DNA from: a virus
Lineage: Duplodnaviria; Heunggongvirae; Uroviricota; Caudoviricetes
Virus record (IMG/VR): IMGVR_UViG_3300045988_026856
Coordinates: 1-44,632 of that record
Reading direction: 5' to 3' (one strand)
Length of the DNA stretch: 44,632 nucleotides
A program made the translations under genes and the position numbers. Position 1 is the stretch's first letter; the number at the start of each line of letters is the position of its first letter. This document shows, one piece after another, positions 7,516 through 16,438 of the stretch. The notes under the pieces were generated by a model. The model made no database searches. It was not told the DNA's origin and saw nothing but the letters and a program-made list of their open reading frames with translations.

Positions 7516-7754
7516 TTACCAGCATCCCAAACCTGATTAAAGAATTCGGCACGATGGCCGAGACATGCCGACAAACCGGCATCAACGAAATGACTATTGC
7601 CAAGTACAGCAAAGACGTGAACTGCGAGCGCCACGTAATTTATAACAACCGTCTTATGACGCACGTTAAAACAAGCCCGGTGTTATTCACGCGCCGGGGT
7701 ATCACTAAAACTGAGCAACGTATTGCCAGAGGGGAGAACGAATGCGGCTACTAA
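7512..7754 (+). CDS. small HTH-like protein (80 aa), possible transcriptional regulator upstream of the terminase
   Basis: ORF track, start refined to ATG; IKEFGTMAETCRQTGINEMTIAKYS HTH-like segment. Confidence 0.45.
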   Translation: MITSIPNLIKEFGTMAETCRQTGINEMTIAKYSKDVNCERHVIYNNRLMTHVKTSPVLFTRRGITKTEQRIARGENECGY

Positions 7755-7847
7755 TCATCCCTAACGTCTGGGCTATCGCTGTAGCTAACAACCATTACGG
7801 CGGCGATGGTAAAAGAGCACCACGCAACGGCTTATATAACTGATACC

Positions 7848-7870
7848 AGCCCTCTACGGAGGGCTTTTCT
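7848..7870 (+). terminator. putative intrinsic terminator (AGCCCTC-TACG-GAGGGCT + TTT)
   Basis: 7-bp stem, short U tract. Confidence 0.45.
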
Positions 7871-7964
7871 GTACATCCCGCCCAATCCCCTTATATAATC
7901 CATTTAGACGCGTAGGGCGCGTCTAATGCGATCTGATGGTCAGACGCATATGCAAGGGGATTCT

Positions 7965-8510
7965 ATGAAGCTGAAACTCAAGCAGCCATCGCCAGAGGTG
8001 GTGCAAGCTGCACATGAAGAAGCTGTTAGCGCAAACCGTCGCCGTAAACGACCGCGCGGTAAACAGAGCCTTTATCAATCATCCCGTAATTCCGCCGCGT
8101 TGTGGGACCCGGACTATTGCGACGAATTGATTCGTTTCTTCGACCGCACGTCGTGGGAGCTTGTGCCTACCCCCAAAGGCGACGAACGCCCGCTGATTCA
8201 GGACAAACCGCCGTCACTGGCCCGCTTTGCCTTACGCATCGGCGTCACTATCCCGATTATTAAGCTGTGGCTGCGCGAGATTCCCGCATTCGCAGAAGCA
8301 TGGGAGACAGCGCAGGCATTGGAAGAGGCATACTTCACTGAGACAGGGGCCGCAGGTATCTCTGCTACGTTTGCCGCTGCGAAACTTGGCCTTGGCAAAG
8401 AGAAACCAGTTGAATCCGCCGAAGAAACGGCACCGACTGAGATTATTTTCAGTGTTGCGGAGCCTGTAGGTAAAATTGTAACAACGAACATGGGTGAGGT
8501 AGAGGAATGA
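7965..8510 (+). CDS. putative terminase small subunit
   Basis: Immediately upstream of and overlapping the terminase large subunit; basic N-terminus; AAGGGG RBS. Confidence 0.5.
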   Translation: MKLKLKQPSPEVVQAAHEEAVSANRRRKRPRGKQSLYQSSRNSAALWDPDYCDELIRFFDRTSWELVPTPKGDERPLIQDKPPSLARFALRIGVTIPIIKLWLREIPAFAEAWETAQALEEAYFTETGAAGISATFAAAKLGLGKEKPVESAEETAPTEIIFSVAEPVGKIVTTNMGEVEE

Positions 8511-9757
8511 GTATTCAGCTATCCGCGCCGCAGGCACTGTTCCTGAATTGTGACAACAAATACAAGGCCTACGTAGGCGGCTTCGGTAGTGGCAAGACGT
8601 TTGTCGGCTGCCTTGACCTGCTTACGTTTATGCTCAAGCACCCCGGCACGCGCCTGGGCTACTTCGGCCCGACCTATCCCGCCATCCGTGACATCTTCTA
8701 CCCAACATTCGAGGAAGCGGCTAACCTGCTCGGCCTTGATGTGCTGGTTAAATCCGGAGACAAAGAGGTTGTGGTTACTCGCGGTAAGACGGTGCTCGGA
8801 ACGGTTATCTGCCGATCTATGGATAACCCCGGCTCGATTGTGGGTTTCAAAATCGCCGCAGCATGCGTGGATGAGCTCGATGTATTGAGCCGAGAAAAAG
8901 CTGAACTGGCATGGAACAAAATCGTCGCCCGTATGCGTCTGGTTATCCCTGGTGTAACCAACCACATCTCCGTCACCACGACGCCGGAAGGGTTCAAGTT
9001 CGTCTACGCCAAGTTCAAAGAGAACCCGACACCGAGTTACTCAATGGTGCAGGCTTCCACCCACGAGAACGCGCGATTCCTGCCGCCTGACTACATTAGC
9101 TCGCTGACCGAGACTTACCCAGCGCAACTGATTAACGCGTACCTGAATGGGGAGTTCGTTAACCTGACATCCGGCAGCGTCTACTACGCCTACGACCGAC
9201 GTAAGCATCGCAGCAAAGAGACAATCCAACCGGGCGACACGCTGTACATCGGGCAGGACTTCAACGTTACGAAGAACGCCAGCGCCGTGTATGTGCAACG
9301 TAAAGACGGCTGGCACGCGGTAGCAGAACTGAAGGGCCTGTTCGATACGCCAGATACCGTGCGTGTGATTACCGAGAAGTGGAAGTCGCAAGGCCACCGC
9401 ATCGTCGTTTACCCGGACGCCAGCGGCAAGAACCGCAAAACCAACTCGGCGTCAATCTCCGATATCGCCTTACTACAGCAGGCCGGTTTTGATGTTCGCG
9501 CTAAATCCGCCAACCCACCGGTTAAAGACCGTGTTTTAGCCGTGAATACCGCGCTGGAAAAAGGTAAGCTGTGGGTTAACGACCACTTATGCCCTGAGAT
9601 AGCGAAGACGCTGGAGCAGCAGGCATATGATGATAACGGAGAGCCTGCTAAAGACGGCGTCATTGACCATATGGCGGATGCTCTCGGCTATCCTGTAGTT
9701 TATGAGATGCCGGTGGTTAAACCAGTAATCAACATCCCGGTGACTTTCGCACTTTAA
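8507..9757 (+). CDS. terminase large subunit
   Basis: Walker A-like GGFGSGKT near the N-terminus, size and position typical. Confidence 0.85.
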   Translation: MSIQLSAPQALFLNCDNKYKAYVGGFGSGKTFVGCLDLLTFMLKHPGTRLGYFGPTYPAIRDIFYPTFEEAANLLGLDVLVKSGDKEVVVTRGKTVLGTVICRSMDNPGSIVGFKIAAACVDELDVLSREKAELAWNKIVARMRLVIPGVTNHISVTTTPEGFKFVYAKFKENPTPSYSMVQASTHENARFLPPDYISSLTETYPAQLINAYLNGEFVNLTSGSVYYAYDRRKHRSKETIQPGDTLYIGQDFNVTKNASAVYVQRKDGWHAVAELKGLFDTPDTVRVITEKWKSQGHRIVVYPDASGKNRKTNSASISDIALLQQAGFDVRAKSANPPVKDRVLAVNTALEKGKLWVNDHLCPEIAKTLEQQAYDDNGEPAKDGVIDHMADALGYPVVYEMPVVKPVINIPVTFAL

Positions 9758-9769
9758 GAGGATTATTCA

Positions 9770-11251
9770 ATGTTAACTATGAACGGTCAGAATCAGGGTG
9801 TTAAGACAAAACACCGGGAATGGCTGCATCACTTCAATAAATGGCAGAAGGTGCGCCACGCGCTGGAAGGCGACCTCATCCGTTACCTGCGCAATGTCGG
9901 GAAGAACGAGCCTGACCTGACCTATGCGGCACAGCGCCAGGAAGAATACGAGAACGGCGCTATCTGTTACAACTTCACTAAACGTACCCTGGCGGGGATG
10001 GTCGGCAGTGTCATGCGCAAAGACCCTGAACAGATTATCCCGCCTGAGCTTGAGTATCTGTTACGTAACGCCGACGGTTCCGGTGTCGGTCTGTGGCAGC
10101 ACGCGCAGGATACGCTGATGGAGATTGACTCGGTGGGGCGTGGCGGGTTGCTGGTGGACGCCCCAGAGACAGCCGCGGCGACGGCAGCCGAACAGAACGC
10201 TGGATTATTAAATCCGGTCATCGCATTCTATACCGCAGAGAACATCATCAACTGGCGACTGACTCGCGTCGGTTCAGTGAACCGCGTAACGATGGTCGTG
10301 CTGCGTGAGGTATGGGAATACTCTGAACCGGGAGCAGAGTTCGAAACAAAGTTCGGTGAGCAGTACCGTGTTCTCGATTTGATTGACGGGCGCTACCGCC
10401 AGCGCATTTACCGCTTCGATTCCGAAGGTGGCGCTCAGGGTGACGTAATCGAAATCTTCCCGGAACTCGGTGAACAGTTACGCGGCAAAATCCCGTTCAC
10501 GTTCATCGGGGCAAGCAACAACGACGCGACCATAGATGACGCGCCTTTGCTGCCGTTAGCCGAGCTTAATATCGGGCATTTCCGTAACAGCGCGGACAAT
10601 GAGGAATCCAGCTTCGTTGTAGGGCAGCCTACTCTGTTCATTGCACCTGGTGAGAACATGAGCATGGAGCAGTGGAAGGAAGCCAACCCTCACGGCGTGC
10701 ACATGGGGTCACGTTCAGGTCATAACATTGGTTACGGTGGCAATGCATTTCTTGTTCAGGCAGGAGAGAACAACCTCGCCAAACAGAATATGCTGGATAA
10801 AGAGAATCAGGCCATTCAGATTGGCGCGCAGCTTATCACCCCGACGCAGCAAATCACCGCCGAATCCGCCCGCCTGCAACGTGGCGCTGATACGTCTGTT
10901 ATGGCGACGATTGCACGGAACGTAAGCATGGCGTATACCGATGCGTTGCGCTGGGTAGCTGCGATGCTTGGGCTACGTGAAGGCACAGAGATTGAGTTCA
11001 AACTTAACATGGAATTCTTCCTGCAGCCGATGACAGCGCAGGACCGCGCACAGTGGATGGCGGATATTAACGCAGGCCTGTTACCGGCGACCGCTTACTA
11101 CGCCGCGTTGCGTAAGGCCGGTGTAACCGACTGGACAGACGAGGATATTCAGAACGCTATTGAGGACGCACCGCTGCCGTTGGGTGCGGTTGCTCAGGTA
11201 GCAGGAGAAATTCCGCAGTCCGCGCAGCAACAAGACGCCATTCAGCAGTAA
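9770..11251 (+). CDS. portal protein
   Basis: 493 aa, directly after the terminase. Confidence 0.7.
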   Translation: MLTMNGQNQGVKTKHREWLHHFNKWQKVRHALEGDLIRYLRNVGKNEPDLTYAAQRQEEYENGAICYNFTKRTLAGMVGSVMRKDPEQIIPPELEYLLRNADGSGVGLWQHAQDTLMEIDSVGRGGLLVDAPETAAATAAEQNAGLLNPVIAFYTAENIINWRLTRVGSVNRVTMVVLREVWEYSEPGAEFETKFGEQYRVLDLIDGRYRQRIYRFDSEGGAQGDVIEIFPELGEQLRGKIPFTFIGASNNDATIDDAPLLPLAELNIGHFRNSADNEESSFVVGQPTLFIAPGENMSMEQWKEANPHGVHMGSRSGHNIGYGGNAFLVQAGENNLAKQNMLDKENQAIQIGAQLITPTQQITAESARLQRGADTSVMATIARNVSMAYTDALRWVAAMLGLREGTEIEFKLNMEFFLQPMTAQDRAQWMADINAGLLPATAYYAALRKAGVTDWTDEDIQNAIEDAPLPLGAVAQVAGEIPQSAQQQDAIQQ

Positions 11252-11261
11252 GTTCATCTAT

Positions 11262-11283
11262 AGCCCCGAAAGGGGCTTTCTTA
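11262..11283 (+). terminator. hairpin AGCCCC-GAAA-GGGGCT + TTCTTAT (possible attenuator)
   Basis: GC stem with weak U tract. Confidence 0.3.
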
Positions 11284-11287
11284 TAGT

Positions 11288-12364
11288 ATGCTATTAACTT
11301 TAGCGCCACAGGGTTTATCTATGAGCTTACTTACATCTCTAATCAGCCATCAGATATGGCTGCAACGCGCCGCATCCGGTGAAGTGAAAGACCTCGCACC
11401 GTTCATCAAGGAAATGCGTGACGAAATCAAACGGCAGGTGCTGTTATTTGGTGACGACGGGCGAAGCACCGCGCGACTGAATAAATTGTTACGCGACCTC
11501 GAAGACGCACTGGCGGGTATTACGGGTGACTGGCAAACAAAGCTGACAGAAGACCTTAAGGAACTGGCGGCGTATGAGGCGGAGTGGAACGTAAAGACAC
11601 TGACCGCCAACGTAAACGCGGAATTTGTCACACCTACTGCCGAACAGGTGTGGTCCGCTGCCGAGTTTCAACCCTTATCATTAAGCGACAAGCCTGTTGA
11701 TTTCACTAAGCTGATGTCGGGATGGGGTGAAACCGAAGTAGCACGTCTCGTAACCGGCGTTAAGATGGGCTTTGTACAAGGCCAGACAACACGGCAGATT
11801 GTTAAGAATGTCGTAGGCGCTGGTGGGCTGACGGACATCTCTGAGCGTAACTCGGCTACCGTAATTCGCACCGCGCTGTCTCACGTATCCAACGAAGCGC
11901 GTAACGAGACGTACCGCCAGAACGACGACATCATCGAGAAGTACGAGTGGGTGTCGACGCTGGACAGCCGTACCAGCACGATTTGCAGAGCCAGAGACGG
12001 AATGACGTGGGAAATTGGTAAAGGGCCAATGCCCCCCGCCCATCCGAATTGCCGGTCGTGCACGGCTCCGGTAATCAGTTCAGAGTTCGACTTCCTGGAT
12101 AAAGGCGCAAAACGCGCGGCTAAGGGCGCAGATGGCGGTACTCAGGTAAGCGCGGACACCACCTATTACGAGTTCCTGAAACAACAACCGGCGTGGTTTC
12201 AGGATGAAGCGCTTGGTCCTGTTCGCGGTAAGATTTTCCGTAACAGCGGTATATCGCCGGAAGAGTTTCGCGTAATATCTGTAGATGGTTTCGGGAATCC
12301 GCTTACGCTTAAGCAGATGGCGGAACTCGATAAACGTGTTGCTGATTATCTGAAAGGGGAATAA
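11288..12364 (+). CDS. minor head protein, Mu F-like (head morphogenesis)
   Basis: EWVSTLDSRTSTICRARDGM motif typical of the Phage_Mu_F domain; alternative start at 11321. Confidence 0.75.
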   Translation: MLLTLAPQGLSMSLLTSLISHQIWLQRAASGEVKDLAPFIKEMRDEIKRQVLLFGDDGRSTARLNKLLRDLEDALAGITGDWQTKLTEDLKELAAYEAEWNVKTLTANVNAEFVTPTAEQVWSAAEFQPLSLSDKPVDFTKLMSGWGETEVARLVTGVKMGFVQGQTTRQIVKNVVGAGGLTDISERNSATVIRTALSHVSNEARNETYRQNDDIIEKYEWVSTLDSRTSTICRARDGMTWEIGKGPMPPAHPNCRSCTAPVISSEFDFLDKGAKRAAKGADGGTQVSADTTYYEFLKQQPAWFQDEALGPVRGKIFRNSGISPEEFRVISVDGFGNPLTLKQMAELDKRVADYLKGE

Positions 12365-12825
12365 TGATGGGCTTTTTCAAAGTAACTGATGTACCGTCAC
12401 GCCGCGTAGTCCAGTACGCCCGCGTGTCTGGCTCCGGTGAGAACGTGGTATTTATTGAAGATGAAAGTGTACTCGGTATACCGGTAGATGATATGCCGTT
12501 TGCTGATAAAACCGGTATTGCACTACCTGCGGCGGGCATGCTTTATGAAATTCCGTATCTGGCGGACGCGGGAGACGTGTATTTCTCTGTGCAACCGAAA
12601 GACACCGAACTGGCGGATGGCAGTGCAACTATCACCGTCGAAGTTAAGGCCGGTAAAGCACCATACGCGCTGACCTGGTACAAAGACGGGAAGGAAGTAG
12701 TAAACGCACCCGAAGAGGCTTTGTCTCTGATGGTTAATGCGGTAGGTGAATACTTCGTTAAAGTCACCGATGCCGGTGGAGTGGAGGCTGTGAGTAAAGC
12801 GGCGAAGGTCACTAAGCCAGAATGA
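12364..12825 (+). CDS. Ig-like domain protein (153 aa)
   Basis: C-terminal SATITVEVKAGKAPYALTWYKDGKEV...GEYFVKVTDAGG Ig-like pattern. Confidence 0.55.
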   Translation: MMGFFKVTDVPSRRVVQYARVSGSGENVVFIEDESVLGIPVDDMPFADKTGIALPAAGMLYEIPYLADAGDVYFSVQPKDTELADGSATITVEVKAGKAPYALTWYKDGKEVVNAPEEALSLMVNAVGEYFVKVTDAGGVEAVSKAAKVTKPE

Positions 12826-12829
12826 TAAG

Positions 12830-12851
12830 AGGCCCCGAAAGGGGCTTTTTT
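12830..12851 (+). terminator. intrinsic terminator (GGCCCC-GAAA-GGGGCT + T6)
   Basis: GC stem then TTTTTT. Confidence 0.65.
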
Positions 12852-13168
12852 AATGTCTGTTATTATTCCAGTTATTCCGCTCAATTGTAAATGTTGGAAT
12901 AAACTATTCGAATAGTTGACTTTTCACTAAAAATATGATAAGCTCCACCTGAGCTTGTGAAGTATGAACAAGCGACCGCGGCGCGGGCAGGTAACGGAGC
13001 GGGACGTAAGTCCTGAGTGTAGTTACGCTGACGCGTTCGGAAGGGCCATATTCTATTGCTTGTGTAAAAAGTAACTGGTTTACTGAGATTACGCCGTTTC
13101 TATGTTTAAATGATAAGGACTAGCGCCCCGCTTTAAGGCGGGGCTTTACTTATCAAGAAAGGGGAAAC

Positions 13169-13555
13169 ATGAATCTTAAAGCAACTGTCGTAGCGGGGGC
13201 ATGTTTCATCGTCCTGGCTTACGCACATGGCATCTACCAGTACCACAGCGGCTGGAACGAAGGCCGGGCGAATCTCATTTCGCAGCAACAGCAGAAAGCA
13301 CAGGCTGAGTTAGTGAAGAAAACACAACGGCAGCAGCAGGACGAATCAAAGGCCGCAGCCGCTGACAACGAAGGCAAGACGAAATCAGAGGTGATTACCC
13401 GTGAAGTCGTTAAGTACATTAAAACGCCTGGTCGCAGCGTGTGCACTTTTGACACTGAGCGCGTGCAACTCAAGTCCCGCGCCGTCACCAACGCCAATTC
13501 CATCCCCGGATACGACAATGATGCAGCCGCCGTGCAAACTGGCCGCGCCAAGTAG
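13169..13555 (+). CDS. i-spanin (Rz-like): N-terminal TM, Q/K/E-rich periplasmic domain
   Basis: MNLKATVVAGACFIVLAYAHGIY TM segment followed by charged coiled-coil-like region; o-spanin overlaps its 3' part. Confidence 0.7.
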   Translation: MNLKATVVAGACFIVLAYAHGIYQYHSGWNEGRANLISQQQQKAQAELVKKTQRQQQDESKAAAADNEGKTKSEVITREVVKYIKTPGRSVCTFDTERVQLKSRAVTNANSIPGYDNDAAAVQTGRAK

Positions 13556-13664
13556 CGATGCCGACGAGGATTTGGCTATCGACGTCCAGAACGCCGAATG
13601 TGTACGGCAACTGAGGCTGAAAGTGTTCATGTTGCAGGATTACGTGAGGAATATTCTGGAATAG
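13401..13664 (+). CDS. o-spanin (Rz1-like lipoprotein), overlapping Rz in the +1 frame
   Basis: Signal peptide with lipobox LTLSAC, then proline-rich mature region; GTG start after GAGGTG. Confidence 0.65.
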   Translation: MKSLSTLKRLVAACALLTLSACNSSPAPSPTPIPSPDTTMMQPPCKLAAPSSDADEDLAIDVQNAECVRQLRLKVFMLQDYVRNILE

Positions 13665-13746
13665 TTGCCTTGCATGTTGGAATAATTTATTCTTGACATG
13701 TAAATCCGGGCGGCCCGGGTTCCAACGTCCAGGGGACATACTGACT

Positions 13747-14448
13747 ATGAATCGTTTTTTACGTTATCCGTTCCAGGAAGAAGCTGGGGCAGAAGATAAA
13801 GCCGGTGGTGGAGACGCGCCGAAAATGTTCACCGCTGAAGAAGTTCAGGCGCTGATTGAGAAAGAAGTCGCCGGGCTTAAGGCCAATCAGGAAGCGTTGC
13901 TGGCGGAGAAGAAAGAAGCCGCCCGTAAAGCAAAAGAGGCCGAAGAAGAACGTCAGCGCGCACACCAGGAGGCGTTAAAAGCCGCTGGTAAGATGGACGA
14001 GTTCGAAAAGACGATTCGTAGCCAGTATGACCCGGTGTTAGCCGAGAAAGATGGTCGCATCTCCAAAATGGCAGAGCGCATCCTCGGTAGCGAACGTAAA
14101 GCGGTGCTAGGCTCTTTCGCGGGTGACTTTATTACCCCGGAAGCAGTGGACATTCTTGCACCGTTCGTTAAGACTGAGTTCGAAGGCGATGACGTGGTTA
14201 CTAAGTTTGTCGGCGCAGATGGTAACGTAATCACGACTGACCCGGAACAGTTCCGTAAATATCTGCGTGAACACAAAGCGTTTTCGCATTTGATTAAAGC
14301 GAATGCAGCTTCCGGCGGCGGGGCTTCCGGTAGCAAAGGCGGCGGGGCCGCACAAGCGTTTAAAGACATGAGTGAAGCGGAGCGTTTAGCTCTGTACAAA
14401 TCGAACCCTGCCGAATTTGAACGGCAACTTAAAGCCCTGAGGAAATAA
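13747..14448 (+). CDS. scaffolding protein
   Basis: A/E/K-rich coiled-coil-like protein immediately upstream of the capsid gene; start refined to internal ATG. Confidence 0.55.
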   Translation: MNRFLRYPFQEEAGAEDKAGGGDAPKMFTAEEVQALIEKEVAGLKANQEALLAEKKEAARKAKEAEEERQRAHQEALKAAGKMDEFEKTIRSQYDPVLAEKDGRISKMAERILGSERKAVLGSFAGDFITPEAVDILAPFVKTEFEGDDVVTKFVGADGNVITTDPEQFRKYLREHKAFSHLIKANAASGGGASGSKGGGAAQAFKDMSEAERLALYKSNPAEFERQLKALRK

Positions 14449-14450
14449 TA

Positions 14451-15500
14451 ATGGCAATTACCACTATCGGTGACATCGTAACTGGCAACGTACCCGTCCT
14501 TCTGTCTTACATGACCGAGGACCCGGTAGAGAAAACTGCGTTCTTCCAGTCTGGTATTCTGACCCCGACTCCATACGCTGCCGAGATTGCCCGCGGCCCG
14601 TCCAACGTCGCTAATATTCCTTTCTGGAAAGCGATTGATACTTCTATCGAGCCTAACTACTCGAACGACGTATACCAGGACATCGCCACCCCGCGTAACG
14701 TGCAGACCGGCGAGATGATGGCGCGCGTTGCATACCTGAACGAAGGCTTTGGGCAGGCTGACCTGACTGTTGAACTGACCAGCCAGAACCCGCTGCAATC
14801 CGTAGCGTCGCGTCTGGACAACTTCTGGCAGCGCCAGGCGCAACGCCGTCTTATTGCTACCGCGCTCGGTTTGTACAACGACAACGTAGCCGCTACCGAC
14901 GCGTACCACGAGCAGAACGACATGGTAATCGACGTGTCCTCTACTCTGGGCTTCGATGCAGGTGCGTTCATCGACGCTACCCAGACTATGGGCGATGCGC
15001 TGATGGGCAACGGCGGTGAAGTGCTGGGTGCTATCGCGATGCACAGCTTCGTTTATGCGCAGGCCCGTAAGCAGCAGCTTATTGACTTCATCAAAGACGC
15101 CGACAACGACACACTGTTCGCCACCTACCAGGGTTACCGCGTGATTGTTGACGACAGCATGACCGTAGTCGGCACCGGCTCTAGCCGTAAGTTCATCTCC
15201 ATTATCTTCGGTAACGGCGCTATCGGTTACGGTGAAGGTTCTCCGTCCAACCCGTTGGAATACGAGCGCGAAGCGTCTCGCGGCAACGGCGGTGGGGTAG
15301 AAACCCTGTGGACCCGTAAGACCTGGTTGCTGCACCCACTGGGCTACAGCTTTACCAGCGCAGTAATCACCGGTAACGGCACCGAAACCGTCGCACGTTC
15401 TGCTTCCTGGCAGGACCTGGCGAACGCTTCCAACTGGAACCGTGTGGTTGACCGTAAGCATGTACCGATTGCCTTCCTGGTAACTGGTGTCGGTGCTTAA
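14451..15500 (+). CDS. major capsid protein
   Basis: 349 aa, position after scaffold, followed by a strong terminator. Confidence 0.65.
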   Translation: MAITTIGDIVTGNVPVLLSYMTEDPVEKTAFFQSGILTPTPYAAEIARGPSNVANIPFWKAIDTSIEPNYSNDVYQDIATPRNVQTGEMMARVAYLNEGFGQADLTVELTSQNPLQSVASRLDNFWQRQAQRRLIATALGLYNDNVAATDAYHEQNDMVIDVSSTLGFDAGAFIDATQTMGDALMGNGGEVLGAIAMHSFVYAQARKQQLIDFIKDADNDTLFATYQGYRVIVDDSMTVVGTGSSRKFISIIFGNGAIGYGEGSPSNPLEYEREASRGNGGGVETLWTRKTWLLHPLGYSFTSAVITGNGTETVARSASWQDLANASNWNRVVDRKHVPIAFLVTGVGA

Positions 15501-15516
15501 GGTTAAGATATAATCG

Positions 15517-15541
15517 AGAGGGACTTCGGTCCCTCTTTTCA
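15517..15541 (+). terminator. intrinsic terminator (AGAGGGAC-TTCG-GTCCCTCT + TTTC)
   Basis: 8-bp stem directly after the capsid stop. Confidence 0.55.
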
Positions 15542-15559
15542 TTTACTAAGAGGTAAATT

Positions 15560-15859
15560 ATGGCCAAGACCGGAAAAGGCTTGCCGCGCAGCCTTCAGAA
15601 TGTCGATTTCGGCGACTTTGATATCCCTGTCGCACCTGCTACTACCAGCGTAGTTGGTGGGGTTAAAAAGTCAGCTACTGTGGATGCACCTGCGGCCGTT
15701 ACCGCAGCCGCAAGGGAGCAGTCCGCTGCTGAACCGACTAAAGCCGAGTTCGACGCGCTTGTAGCGGAGTACAACAAACTCCTAACCGATGTTACCGCGC
15801 TGCGCACTACCGTAGCGAACCTGTTAACCGCGCTTAAAAACGCAGGAACTGTAAGCTAA
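15560..15859 (+). CDS. hypothetical structural protein (99 aa)
   Basis: ORF track; AAGAGG RBS. Confidence 0.5.
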   Translation: MAKTGKGLPRSLQNVDFGDFDIPVAPATTSVVGGVKKSATVDAPAAVTAAAREQSAAEPTKAEFDALVAEYNKLLTDVTALRTTVANLLTALKNAGTVS

Positions 15860-15871
15860 AGGAGATTAAAA

Positions 15872-16219
15872 ATGGTTGATGTAATTAAACGTCGTATTAC
15901 CGGTGTTTCTGATGAAGACTCTGACGGTCAGGTTGAAATCGACATGGCAAACATCTCTCCAGCGTCTTTTTCTATCGCACCGAGCGCCACCACAGCAGTT
16001 ACAGCCGGGTAGACTATGACACTGACCGTAGTTGTTACTGGTGGTCTGGAGCCGTATTCCTACCAGTGGTACAAGAACAACAACGCTATCGCCGGGGCAA
16101 ACGCGGCTTCCTATGCGAAGGCGTCCACCACTACCGCCGATTCAGGTACGTATAAAGTGGTTGTTCACGATGTGTATGGTAATATTATCTCCAGCAGCAC
16201 TGTCGCAACTGTGTCTTAA
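15872..16219 (+). CDS. Ig-like domain protein interrupted by an in-frame TAG at 16010..16012
   Basis: ATG 15872 with AGGAG RBS; TAG-ACT-ATG in frame; the Ig-like pattern (SIAPSATTAVTAG / TMTLTVVVTGGLEPYSYQWYK...SGTYKVVVHD) spans the stop. Confidence 0.5.
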
Positions 16220-16255
16220 TACAACGGCCCTTCGGGGCCGTAATAAGGAAAGGTC

Positions 16256-16435
16256 ATGGCAGATAATTATGTAATCCGCGAAAAGTACACACACGTTGAC
16301 GTTGTTGATGGCCAGGTGATGCCTGTTCGCGGTGTGGTAGAAGCGGATGAACTGGTTGCAACGCAACCGGACAACGAAGAAGCGCGCAACAACGGCGGTG
16401 GTACTAAGCGTCGTCGCCGTAAGTCAGAGGAATAA
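16256..16435 (+). CDS. hypothetical basic protein (59 aa)
   Basis: ATG after AGGAAAGG RBS; below ORF-track cutoff. Confidence 0.35.
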   Translation: MADNYVIREKYTHVDVVDGQVMPVRGVVEADELVATQPDNEEARNNGGGTKRRRRKSEE

Positions 16436-16438
16436 TTT

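Noticed and set aside
12916-12939. TTGACT ... TATGAT as a promoter upstream of the spanins
   Set aside because: Hexamers are only 12 nt apart, too short for sigma70; no alternative well-spaced pair found, so no promoter is called here.
13953-15542. 529-aa ORF on the minus strand
   Set aside because: Entirely antisense to the scaffold and major capsid genes, no RBS, low-complexity R/G/V-rich translation; typical spurious antisense ORF in GC-rich coding sequence.
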